A stretch of DNA of 64,000 bases from Thermoplasmatota archaeon. GTDB taxonomy: Archaea > Thermoplasmatota > E2 > JACPAO01 > JAHFTW01. The stretch is from the NCBI GenBank assembly GCA_041601615.1, contig JBFIHX010000001.1, forward strand, positions 288,001 through 352,000, given 5' to 3'. Under the pieces are notes generated by a model. The model had not been told where the DNA came from and did not search any database. It saw only the letters and a program-made list of their open reading frames with translations. Shown in pieces: positions 9,867-18,420 of the stretch; the first letter of the stretch is position 1, and every line of letters begins with the position of its first letter. The position numbers and the translations under genes were made by a program.

Positions 9867-10552
9867 AGCCCGGCGCAGAGGTCGCGCAGGGCCGCAAGCG
9901 GGTCGGTGTGTTTGACGACGCCACTGGCAAGCAGCACACCGTAGGCTCCTAGCTCGATGGCGGTGGAGACGTCGCGACCGGTTTTGACGCCAGCGCCGCA
10001 CAGCGTCAAGGTGGCAGGGGATAATTCCTGCACACGGGCGACGGTGTTGGACACGATGCCGGGGTCGGAAGAGGTGACGCTGATGTCGCCGCCAATCAGT
10101 TCCGGGGGCTCCACTGCGAGGTAGGTCGGCGCCATGGGGGCCAGGGCGTCGGTTTCGGATGGGCCGTCGGCGCACACGAGGCTTTCGAGGCCGAGGCTGT
10201 GCAGTCGCTCGATGGTGGTTGCGACTTGGGTGTGTGGAATTTTGTGTTCGGCGTGGTTCAGGAGGCTGCCGAGGGCGCTGGTGGCGTGGACCGCTTCGGG
10301 GGTGATCCAACCGGTGCCGCTGCCTGGGACGAGCGCGTCCGTGTGCTGGGCGAAGACGGGCACGCGGGTCAGATCTTCGTTGCGGCAGGCGCGGGTCAAA
10401 GCCGCCAGTTCGATTTGGGGAGGTGCCAGTCCGATGACGGCGCCCGATTCTTCGGCGGCGGTCTGGCAGGCGCGGGCCAAATCCAAGACGCGGTCCGTTC
10501 CCTGCACTTGCGAGTAGACCTTGGCGTTCACGACGATGCGGGGCCGTTCCAT
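9863..10552 (-). CDS. tpiA: Triosephosphate isomerase, archaeal type (229 aa)
   Basis: VVNAKVY, AQH, LLNHAE, AVEPPELIG, CGAGVK and GVLLASG motifs. Real start is ATG 10552 inside the 519-aa track ORF. Confidence 0.95.
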   Translation of the reverse strand: MERPRIVVNAKVYSQVQGTDRVLDLARACQTAAEESGAVIGLAPPQIELAALTRACRNEDLTRVPVFAQHTDALVPGSGTGWITPEAVHATSALGSLLNHAEHKIPHTQVATTIERLHSLGLESLVCADGPSETDALAPMAPTYLAVEPPELIGGDISVTSSDPGIVSNTVARVQELSPATLTLCGAGVKTGRDVSTAIELGAYGVLLASGVVKHTDPLAALRDLCAGL

Positions 10553-10621
10553 GTTGGGGCCAGTCCAAGGGCCGTTGATAAGCGGCGTGCGTTCATGTAG
10601 GGCCCCTGCGTCGCCGGACCC

Positions 10622-11440
10622 GTGGTCTCTCCGGTCCTGTTGGCGGCACCGTTCTCGATCCTCCCCGCAGTAGGTGCCATTTGGTACATGCTGAAGCGAT
10701 ACGAGGATTACTTCGAGGACGCGCGCGTCTTTTTGAGCCTCGTCTTCGGCTTTTTTACGGGCTTGGTGGCGATTACCATGGAATTGACCGTGTTTCCATT
10801 CCATGACCCCAGATTTGTAGCCAGCATGGGCCCAGGGACGGCGTTCATTTTTTTCGTTGGTGGCTACGCCTTGTTTGAGACGGGCGCCAAAGTCGCGGTG
10901 CTTGGCATGAAGCGGTTTCGCGGCAAGAAGGACGCACCGTTCTATGGAGCCCCCATGGGGCTTGGCATGGGCGCCATGATGGCCCTCGGATTCATCGCGG
11001 TGAACCTCAACCGAGCAGAAGCAGCGGGTATTCCCCATACCATATCCAGTTTCCTCGGCATGGCTTCCGTACCCCTTGGGGCCGTGTTCGTGCATGGTGC
11101 CGCGGGTGTCTACGTGGGTCGCGGCAGCGGTGATGGCAAACTTTGGAGCGGGTGGATTACCGGGACGCTGCTGCAAATGCCGGTGCTTGGAACGTACTGG
11201 TTGGTCTGGGACCTTGTGGGTCGCGGCGACGCGGGTGTGCAGTTCTACATTATTCCTGCCGTGATTGCACTGGGCTACGGCTTGTTTTTGTTGCACATCG
11301 CTCGCGTGCGGGTGCTTGACAACATCGTCCCCCAGGAAATCCGAGACCAAGTGCGGCGGGAGCGACGACGGGCGCTTCGCCAGGGAACAACCGGAGCTGC
11401 TGCCGGAGCCGCTTTGGTTCACGCAGACAGCGAAGAGTAG
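10622..11440 (+). CDS. PrsW-like intramembrane metalloprotease-family protein (divergent)
   Basis: Multi-TM; 'ETGAK', 'YGAPMGLGMG' and a 'VHG' His in PrsW-like positions. Confidence 0.5.
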   Translation: MVSPVLLAAPFSILPAVGAIWYMLKRYEDYFEDARVFLSLVFGFFTGLVAITMELTVFPFHDPRFVASMGPGTAFIFFVGGYALFETGAKVAVLGMKRFRGKKDAPFYGAPMGLGMGAMMALGFIAVNLNRAEAAGIPHTISSFLGMASVPLGAVFVHGAAGVYVGRGSGDGKLWSGWITGTLLQMPVLGTYWLVWDLVGRGDAGVQFYIIPAVIALGYGLFLLHIARVRVLDNIVPQEIRDQVRRERRRALRQGTTGAAAGAALVHADSEE

Positions 11441-11931
11441 GCACCCACGCGTGGTTCGAAGATGATGTCCGTGGCGAGCATTCGCACAACTTCTTTTTCG
11501 GCGCGTGCGGCGGGAATTCCGGCCTTGACCATGGCCAAAATGAAGTCGTCATGCGGGGTTGGGCCCAGGAGACGAGTGAGCCATGCGGCTACTTCGTCTG
11601 CGCGTGCACTGAGGTTGCGCACGGTGCGGCCTTTGGCGGCGGCAGCGTCGATAGGGCTGTCGTGGCGAGACACGGGGACTTCTCGTGCGTCTCGAAGCCG
11701 TTGGTTGGCGACCTCGACGGTAATTTTTTGGGCCAGTGCTGCGCGGATGCTGGCTGCGGCACTGCGAGCATCGGTGGCGTTGTCCCCTTGCCAGAGGCGG
11801 GTGCGATCGTCCAATGCCACGTTTTTGCGGCAGCCGGGGCATGTGACTCGTTGGTGTCGTTGCTCGACGCTCCAGGCTTCTTTGCATCCGCTGCATGCAA
11901 CGACCGCGTATCGCACCACATCCAGCAACAT
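11419..11931 (-). CDS. Zn-ribbon plus winged-helix archaeal protein (DUF5817/DUF1922-like)
   Basis: YAVVACSGC...CPGC zinc ribbon; C-terminal 'IIFEPRVGAY' wing. Confidence 0.65.
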   Translation of the reverse strand: MLLDVVRYAVVACSGCKEAWSVEQRHQRVTCPGCRKNVALDDRTRLWQGDNATDARSAAASIRAALAQKITVEVANQRLRDAREVPVSRHDSPIDAAAAKGRTVRNLSARADEVAAWLTRLLGPTPHDDFILAMVKAGIPAARAEKEVVRMLATDIIFEPRVGAYSSLSA

Positions 11932-11969
11932 GCCGGATTCTCTTGAACGTGCTGGAGGGGTCGCTGAAT

Positions 11970-12695
11970 CTACCCCATGCGTCGGTGCGCGGCGGTGCGT
12001 CTGCCCGGTTTGTCGGGCCACCGAACGCTCATGATGGTGCCCTCGCCCATTTGGCTGTCGCACTCCATTTCGCCTCCGTGTGCCGCCATGATGCGTTGGC
12101 ACAAGGCCAGCCCCACGCCACCATCCTTGCTACGAACGCCTTGCGCATCCCACAGGTGTTCCAGTTCGTCGTCGGGGATGCCTTCGCCGTCGTCCTTGAC
12201 GCGAATCCACCAACCGCTGCGGTCTCGGCTGGCGCTGATGGTTACGGTTACGGGCCCATGTGCGTGCTTGACGGCGTTGGCGATCAAGTGCTGCATCACG
12301 CGGCGCGCTCCGCCGGGATCGGCGTGGATGGTGGGTAGGCTTCGAACCTCTAACGTGATGTCTTCTTTGTCAAAGTAGGAAGCAAGGCTGCTTCGCACAT
12401 CGGCGACCACATCCTCTAGAATGACAGGTGCCGGGTCGATGTCGTCGGCGGTGGCACAGGCCAGCGTTTGGGCTAGGAGTTCTTGCGATTGGCGCACGGA
12501 TTGCAGCGCGGCGAGGACGTTTTTCTGCGCCACAAGGGGAAGGAGATCCAGGAAGCGGTCCTCGATGCCTTTCAGGTAGGTGTGGGCACTTTGTAGAGGA
12601 TCTTGCAGGTCGTGCACGGCGGCAGCCAGCCACACTTCGGCGCCAGGGACGGCCAGCACATCGGCCTCCGGGGACAGCGGTCGCGTTCGGGCCAC
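11970..12695 (-). CDS. Stand-alone histidine kinase (HisKA-HATPase, no sensor domain)
   Basis: H-box HDLQDPL, N-box NAVKH, G1 DDGEGIP and G2 GVGLALC. Confidence 0.85.
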   Translation of the reverse strand: MARTRPLSPEADVLAVPGAEVWLAAAVHDLQDPLQSAHTYLKGIEDRFLDLLPLVAQKNVLAALQSVRQSQELLAQTLACATADDIDPAPVILEDVVADVRSSLASYFDKEDITLEVRSLPTIHADPGGARRVMQHLIANAVKHAHGPVTVTISASRDRSGWWIRVKDDGEGIPDDELEHLWDAQGVRSKDGGVGLALCQRIMAAHGGEMECDSQMGEGTIMSVRWPDKPGRRTAAHRRMG

Positions 12696-12773
12696 CCTCT
12701 ACATTGGAGGCCGAGTGCTTATCATCGTGGTGGAAAGGGAGAAGGAGCGCCGTGGCCGGCGCGTACAGGAGCT

Positions 12774-12977
12774 TCAGTGGCCCGCGTAGCAGGTACGTCC
12801 GGTCCAGTCTTCGTGCCAGACGCGGCAGCCGTCCCCGTCGCGCCCGACACAAACTTCGGAGTAGTAATCGAGGTTGCCGCCATTCGTGGGGACACAGAGA
12901 GGATCGGGATTATCGGCACTGGCCGAGGGAACCGTCGCGATCAATGCCAACAGGGTGAGCAGGAACAGAATCCGCAT
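12774..12977 (-). CDS. Small secreted 4-Cys peptide (67 aa)
   Basis: MRILFLLTLLALIATVPSASA signal peptide followed by a 46-aa mature region with 4 Cys. Confidence 0.65.
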   Translation of the reverse strand: MRILFLLTLLALIATVPSASADNPDPLCVPTNGGNLDYYSEVCVGRDGDGCRVWHEDWTGRTCYAGH

Positions 12978-13058
12978 AGACACCCACCGCCCGGTGCCCA
13001 CTTCATGCTTGCGTGGCGGTTCCGCACCATCCAAGAACCCCGCCACCTCGCGGCAGCC

Positions 13059-13439
13059 GTGCCCATCCCTGCACCGGAGCACCCGCACGAGCCGATTCTG
13101 CTGGATGCAAGCAACATCGTCCACCGAGCAGGCGGCGGCGAACCGGGTTTTCGCGTCTTGTGCAGCTTGGAACAAGCGCTTGGCGCCGCGGGTTGGGAAG
13201 TGTACGTTGTGGCGGATGCGAGCCTGCGCCACAAGATCGGTGATGCCGCCGGGGCCCTCGAAGACCGCCTCGAAGCGGGCGGCTGGATGCAGGTGCCGAA
13301 GGGACACAGCGCAGACCGCGTGCTGCTGGCAGAGGCGGCGCGATTGGCTGCTTGGGTCGTGAGTGATGACCAGTTTCGCGACCACCAGGCGCCTCCGGCG
13401 CGGCGGCTCTCGCCTGGACTGCTGATGGGTGCCCTTTAG
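13059..13439 (+). CDS. Zc3h12a-like NYN/PIN ribonuclease domain protein
   Basis: LLDASNI, VADASL, ADR and VVSDDQFRD acidic motifs. Start is uncertain. Confidence 0.7.
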   Translation: MPIPAPEHPHEPILLDASNIVHRAGGGEPGFRVLCSLEQALGAAGWEVYVVADASLRHKIGDAAGALEDRLEAGGWMQVPKGHSADRVLLAEAARLAAWVVSDDQFRDHQAPPARRLSPGLLMGAL

Positions 13440-13462
13440 AGACGCGGGGTTCTCGCCGCCGC

Positions 13463-14842
13463 ATGACCTGGAACACCGTGCAAGCAATCCTCGACGGCAA
13501 ACACACCGGACAGTCCGTGCGTTTGCGCGGCTGGGTGCATCGCCAACGAAGCGGCGGCAAGATTGCATTCGTGACCCTGCGAGACGGCTCCGGCTCGGTC
13601 CAGTGCACCGTCAAGGGCGGCATCGCCGACGACGAAAGCCTGGAAGCGGCCAAGGGCGCCATCATCGAGACCAGTGTGTCGCTGCTCGAAGGCGACGTGG
13701 TGGCAGACGAGCGCGCTCCGGGCGGCTTCGAGGTCAAAGTCACCAAGTTCGTGGTGCACCAGCGGGCCGAGGATTTCCCCCTGCGCGGCGACCAGGGCAC
13801 CGAATTCGAGTTGGACAACCGCCACTTGTGGCTGCGCTCGACGCAACTGTCGGCCATCCTGCGCATCAAGAGCCGGCTGCTGCATGCGATTCGCGAGTTC
13901 TTTGCTGCCGAGACCTTCACGGAGGTGGATCCCAGCGTCATCACCACCAACGCCTGCGAAGGCGGCAGCACGCTGTTTACGTTCGATTACTTTGGCCAGG
14001 AAGCTTACCTGTCCCAGTCTGCGCAAATGTACCTGGAAGGCTGCATCTTCGGCTTGCCCAAGGTGTACAGCATCACCAACTCGTTCCGGGCCGAAAAGAG
14101 CCGCACCAACAAGCACCTCACCGAATTCCACCACCTCGAAGCCGAGTACGCTTGGTGGAACAACGAGGAATCCATGGCGTTCCAGGAGCGCATGGTGACC
14201 TACCTGGCCCACGACGTGGCCCGCAACTGCGAGGCCGACCTGCGCTTGCTGGATCAGGACCCCGCCCGCCTCCTTCGCATCGGCAGCTACATCGAGGGCG
14301 AATCCGAGCGCGACGAGGAAGGACACCGCTTTGGGCGCATGACCTACCACGCCGCCGCCGCTCGCCTGCGCGAACTCGGCTTCGAGTTTCCCGACGGCGA
14401 GGACTTTGGTGCCCCGCACGAAAAGGAACTCACGGACGGACTCACCAACCCGGTGTTCATCACGGATTGGCCCGCCGAAATCAAGGCGTTCTACATGCTC
14501 CAAGATCCGGAAAACCCCGGCGTCGTCAAGTGCGCGGACCTGATGGGCCCCGACGGCTTTGGCGAATTGATTGGTGGCAGTCAGCGCAGCGAAGACATTG
14601 AGTGGATGAAGCGTCGTTTGCAGGAACAGCACGACCACGACGTGGCGACGGGCGAACTTCCCGAGGACGCCAAGCTGGATCTTGCGCCCTACGAGTGGTA
14701 CTTCGACCTGCGCCGCTACGGCAGTGTCCCTCATTCCGGCTTCGGCCTCGGCATCGAACGCGTGCTGCGCTGGTTCACGGGCCAGGAGCACATCAGGGAT
14801 ATGCTGCCCTACCCCCGGACCCCGAGCCGAGCGTACCCGTAG
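13463..14842 (+). CDS. asnS: Asparagine--tRNA ligase
   Basis: OB anticodon domain, YLSQSAQMYLE, FRAEKSRT..HLTEF, ELIGGSQR and YGSVPHSGFGLGIER. Confidence 0.93.
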   Translation: MTWNTVQAILDGKHTGQSVRLRGWVHRQRSGGKIAFVTLRDGSGSVQCTVKGGIADDESLEAAKGAIIETSVSLLEGDVVADERAPGGFEVKVTKFVVHQRAEDFPLRGDQGTEFELDNRHLWLRSTQLSAILRIKSRLLHAIREFFAAETFTEVDPSVITTNACEGGSTLFTFDYFGQEAYLSQSAQMYLEGCIFGLPKVYSITNSFRAEKSRTNKHLTEFHHLEAEYAWWNNEESMAFQERMVTYLAHDVARNCEADLRLLDQDPARLLRIGSYIEGESERDEEGHRFGRMTYHAAAARLRELGFEFPDGEDFGAPHEKELTDGLTNPVFITDWPAEIKAFYMLQDPENPGVVKCADLMGPDGFGELIGGSQRSEDIEWMKRRLQEQHDHDVATGELPEDAKLDLAPYEWYFDLRRYGSVPHSGFGLGIERVLRWFTGQEHIRDMLPYPRTPSRAYP

Positions 14843-14959
14843 GCGTACCTTCACCAACCCCTCCCGTTCATTCAATCAATGCGGGTCAATCCCGGCGGCA
14901 AGCTTGCATTGCAGTTTGCACCGCGGCCGGAACGGCCTCGACCCACAAAAGACATAAAC

Positions 14960-14983
14960 GACGTAAACGTATACACTCTATAC
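14960..14983 (+). promoter_or_regulatory. Putative vapBC promoter/operator with repeated GTATAC-like half-sites
   Basis: GTAAAC-GTATAC-act-CTATAC lies immediately before the vapB ATG, resembling type II toxin-antitoxin autoregulatory operators. Confidence 0.4.
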
Positions 14984-15217
14984 ATGACACGGATGGTCCA
15001 GCTTGCCGACGACGCCTACGAATCCCTTTCCCGCGCCAAACGGGCCGGCGAGAGCTTCAGCCAGACCGTGCGCCGCCTCACCCGGCCCCGAGCGAGCCTC
15101 CTGGAGTTGGGCGAGCTTGGCATGACGGACGCCGAGCACGAGACCCGCACCCGCCTGCTTGCCGAACTCGACGCCCTCGACAAGGCAGACGAAACGCGCC
15201 CCCAGAACCGTGCTTGA
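14984..15217 (+). CDS. vapB: VapB-type antitoxin (archaeal DUF217-like)
   Basis: MTRMVQLADDAYESL..AKRAGESFS.TVRRL; sits directly upstream of a PIN gene. Confidence 0.85.
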   Translation: MTRMVQLADDAYESLSRAKRAGESFSQTVRRLTRPRASLLELGELGMTDAEHETRTRLLAELDALDKADETRPQNRA

Positions 15218-15218
15218 C

Positions 15219-15683
15219 ATGGCCGTCCTCGACACCTCGTTTTTGATCGCCCTCGACCGCCGCGAGCCGGGCGCACAGGCCCTGATGACGCAGATGCAAC
15301 AGGAGGGCGCTGCCGTCACCGTTCCCGCCGCCGTCTGGTTGGAGTACCTCGTGGGGGTCGCACCCCGCGTGCGCGAACTAGCGGCAAACATCCTGTCTCG
15401 CGCCGCCGAGATCGTTCCCTTCGACCAGGACCTCGCCGACCGTGCCGTGTTGTTGCAGGACGAACTGTTGCGCTCGGGGCGCCGACTCGGATGGCATGAT
15501 CTTCAGGTAGCCGCCACGGCCTTGCACCGACACGATGCACTCGTCACCCTCGATCAGGGATTTGACGAAGTTGCAGGGCTTGCATCCATCGACTTGCAGT
15601 TGCAAGCCCCTGGGCCCCGGACCCAAAAGAGGCAGAAATCGGACCCCCCGGAAATCCTTGTGGGCCGACGTTCGCCGCGCTAA
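15219..15683 (+). CDS. vapC: VapC PIN-domain toxin
   Basis: VLDTSFLI, E, DLQVAATA and LVTLDQGF motifs. Confidence 0.9.
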   Translation: MAVLDTSFLIALDRREPGAQALMTQMQQEGAAVTVPAAVWLEYLVGVAPRVRELAANILSRAAEIVPFDQDLADRAVLLQDELLRSGRRLGWHDLQVAATALHRHDALVTLDQGFDEVAGLASIDLQLQAPGPRTQKRQKSDPPEILVGRRSPR

Positions 15684-15745
15684 TGGTCCCAAAATCACCA
15701 GCCATGTTTATATTATGATCAGTCATTATCGTTCGAGGCCAATCA

Positions 15746-16282
15746 ATGGACCTAAAGAAAACCAAAACATTCTCTATCCTCGCAATCGCCCTGCTCATGG
15801 TTCCCTCCGGTACTGCGGCAGACACAAATCGACAAGTTGGCACCATGAGCTGCAATGCCACCACTGGCTCCGGTCTGACGGCATCCATCCTGTTCGACGT
15901 CGTAGGCGAGCCCTTCGGCCGTGCCACCCTCACTGCGCAAGGCACCGCATTGGGCGCTCCCTGCATCTTTGACATCGAAGTAACGGCAATCACATGGGAG
16001 AATCCATACTACACGGCATACCAGGGGTTCAGCCCAAGCGGATCCATCTCCGGCATCAGCGACCAACCATGTCTCGCCGTCCCCACGTCCCCCGCCGCGA
16101 CCGATCAGTGTACGGCATCATACGAATTCGACTGGACGATGGATTTCTTGGATCCACTGGGCCGGAAGCAAACGACCCACTTGCACGTGGATTTTGACCT
16201 CGTGGTCAATGGAAGCGTCGTGGCTTCCGGCAGGTACACCATCTACGAACCCTCGGTCCCTGATGTTTTGTCCTGGATCTAG
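15746..16282 (+). CDS. Secreted hypothetical protein (4 Cys, beta-rich)
   Basis: Signal peptide MDLKKTKTFSILAIALLMVPSGTAA; AT-rich promoter region upstream. Confidence 0.7.
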   Translation: MDLKKTKTFSILAIALLMVPSGTAADTNRQVGTMSCNATTGSGLTASILFDVVGEPFGRATLTAQGTALGAPCIFDIEVTAITWENPYYTAYQGFSPSGSISGISDQPCLAVPTSPAATDQCTASYEFDWTMDFLDPLGRKQTTHLHVDFDLVVNGSVVASGRYTIYEPSVPDVLSWI

Positions 16283-16372
16283 GCTCGATCATCATCGCCC
16301 CTTCACCCCCCCTCCTCCGCTTCCTCCTCTTCAGACAAAAGCCTCTTGTGGATTGGACCCACGCCCGGACTC

Positions 16373-16747
16373 GTGTCGGACATCCAGAAATCCCGTGCGG
16401 GCCAGGCGGTCTCCGACGAGACCATCGCCAAGTTTCGCGCCGCTAAGGGATTCCTGGTGTTGGAATGGATTGGGGCGTTGATGCTTGTGGGGAGCTTCAC
16501 GCAGCTGTACGTCTTTGGATTGCTGCCGAACGCCCGCGTGCTTCTGGTGGAAATCATCGGCGTCGTCATGGCCGTGCTTGGAACCGTGCTGTGGGCATCG
16601 GCGCGCAACGCCTACTACGCCATCGATTTTCCTTGGAAGCGGCGCTGGGAGTTCTTTGCCACGGTGGTCGCAGGCGCTGGATTTGTTTTCTGGCTGCTGT
16701 TTTTGGTGGCGGCGTTCCTGGCATGGCGCGGTGTGGATTTTCTCTAA
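16373..16747 (+). CDS. Hypothetical 3-TM membrane protein
   Basis: Three hydrophobic helices; start probably GTG 16373. Confidence 0.7.
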   Translation: MSDIQKSRAGQAVSDETIAKFRAAKGFLVLEWIGALMLVGSFTQLYVFGLLPNARVLLVEIIGVVMAVLGTVLWASARNAYYAIDFPWKRRWEFFATVVAGAGFVFWLLFLVAAFLAWRGVDFL

Positions 16748-17178
16748 GACGATAGGCTTGCTAGACGTACAAACCGACTCGTCGCCTTTGCCACCAGTCG
16801 TCCTTCCGCGTCGCGAACGGTTGCGTCCATGAGTGTCATGGTCCGTCCCGCCTGCACGATTGTGCCTTCGGCCACGAGCCGCCCTGCCGTCGTCGGCCGC
16901 AGAAATTCGATGTGGATACCGGTGTTCGTGCCGTTCTCCCCGGGCCCCAACGTTGCCATGAACGCCATGCCCATTGCAGAATCAGCCAAGATGGTCAGGA
17001 CGCCACCATGCAAGACGCCGGGCGGATTCGTGTGATCCGCGCTGAATTCGTACTCGATGCAGGCACGCCCAGGCTCGATGCTTGTGAGCCTTGCGCCGAT
17101 GAGGCCGTCGGCCGGGCAACCAGGCCCGCCGCTTGCGATTGCGGCTTGCAATCGTTCCAGCCAACTTGACTCGCTCAC
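16744..17178 (-). CDS. PaaI-family hotdog thioesterase
   Basis: NPPGVLHGG...D.AMG and IEFLRP motifs; overlaps the upstream regulator by GTGA coupling. Confidence 0.9.
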   Translation of the reverse strand: MSESSWLERLQAAIASGGPGCPADGLIGARLTSIEPGRACIEYEFSADHTNPPGVLHGGVLTILADSAMGMAFMATLGPGENGTNTGIHIEFLRPTTAGRLVAEGTIVQAGRTMTLMDATVRDAEGRLVAKATSRFVRLASLSS

Positions 17179-17861
17179 AGCAGACTCCGAAGTCGCATCT
17201 GAAGCTCGTCCAGCGGCAGTTCGGTGGTTATCAGGGGAATTTGTTCGTACTCGGCGAGGCGATACGCGAGTTTGTCCACATCCTCTGGTTGATGGTACAC
17301 CACCAGAGAGGGCTTCATGGGGTGGACGCGAATCGCAATCATCGGGCTGCGGCCATACTTGATTCCGCTGAACACAAGGGCGCGTTCGGTGCTCCAGCCA
17401 TAGACGCGCACGTAATCATTGGCATTGAGGCTGGCAATCGCCTTAACGGCGTCAATAAGCGTGTATCCCTGTACTTTCTTTTCTTCGATGTCCGCAAGCA
17501 CCAGAGCGCGGCCTTCGATGGCGTCCACAAATTCCATCGCGGGAATGTTGCGGCGGTACTCCACGATGTCCAGAATTCCCTCCGTGGGATTGATGAGGGA
17601 ATGGTAGCGGGCGATGATGTGTCCGCCCCTGTCCGCGTCCATGTCCACGAGCGCTTCCACGAGTCGCTTGACCGTCGCGATGCCGGGACTTTTGCGGCGG
17701 CCGGACTCGTAATCGCTGATGACGCTGGGGTTGATGCCGAGGCGGCCTGCGAGTTCCGACTGGCTGAACTCGAAGCTCTCACGCCATTTTCGCAGGGTCG
17801 CGCCGGCTTCGATGGAGAGGGTGATCTCGCCCGCCATCTTCTCCAGCAACGCTTCCTTCAT
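17175..17861 (-). CDS. Archaeal XRE-HTH transcriptional regulator with DRTGG-like domain (COG1709-type)
   Basis: MAGEITLS...LRKWRE...SVISDYESGRRKSPG, YGWSTERAL and GRSPMIAIRV. Real start is ATG 17861. Confidence 0.9.
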   Translation of the reverse strand: MKEALLEKMAGEITLSIEAGATLRKWRESFEFSQSELAGRLGINPSVISDYESGRRKSPGIATVKRLVEALVDMDADRGGHIIARYHSLINPTEGILDIVEYRRNIPAMEFVDAIEGRALVLADIEEKKVQGYTLIDAVKAIASLNANDYVRVYGWSTERALVFSGIKYGRSPMIAIRVHPMKPSLVVYHQPEDVDKLAYRLAEYEQIPLITTELPLDELQMRLRSLL

Positions 17862-17969
17862 CGGACGTCGATAAATGGTACGGCAAAAGACGGTTGCGTT
17901 TTTGCTTGATGCCCAAGGTCGCCCGCCCCACTGCGCCATGTTTTTTCCCGCGTGCTCCATGCACCCCCG

Positions 17970-18419
17970 ATGAGCCCGACCATGGTGACCACCCACGCGG
18001 AGGAGGCCGGACTCAAGGCCTTCCTCGATCCTTTGCCCGGTGACTGCGTGGCCGCCGTACGGACGCTTGCGCATGCTTGGGCCGCCGTCGGCGGGAAACT
18101 GGCGCCTGGGCGTCTTGCCGTTCGCTTGCTTGGACCTGAGACCTCCGAACGACCCGCATTCACCGCCGCAACGCTCTACGCACCCCGAGGCGACCATGCG
18201 AATCCCCGGCTGGAACTTGCACGCACCATCCTGGAGCACCACGGCGTGGGGCCAGACGCGTTCGAACATTGGTGCGACGAGATCGTGGACCTTGGCGGCC
18301 CAGGCTTTTCCGCACGCGCCAAATTCCCCGCCATCCCCCTGCCCCCATCCTTGAGCGCCGGCGACCTTGCCCGGCTTGTGGGAGCCCTTCGCGACCTTGC
18401 GCTCATGACCGGCGCCTAA
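17970..18419 (+). CDS. Hypothetical protein
   Basis: Plausible composition; ends 1 nt before glpD, suggesting an operon. Start is uncertain. Confidence 0.55.
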   Translation: MSPTMVTTHAEEAGLKAFLDPLPGDCVAAVRTLAHAWAAVGGKLAPGRLAVRLLGPETSERPAFTAATLYAPRGDHANPRLELARTILEHHGVGPDAFEHWCDEIVDLGGPGFSARAKFPAIPLPPSLSAGDLARLVGALRDLALMTGA

Positions 18420-18420
18420 C

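Noticed and set aside
9863-11422. 519-aa ORF suggesting a TIM fusion
   Set aside because: The N-terminal 290 aa are the antisense shadow of the membrane gene at 10622-11440. TIM starts at 10552.
16744-17178. Thioesterase as a type II editing TE for the NRPS/PKS
   Set aside because: It has a hotdog PaaI fold, is coupled to a conserved archaeal regulator, and lies 35 kb from the cluster.
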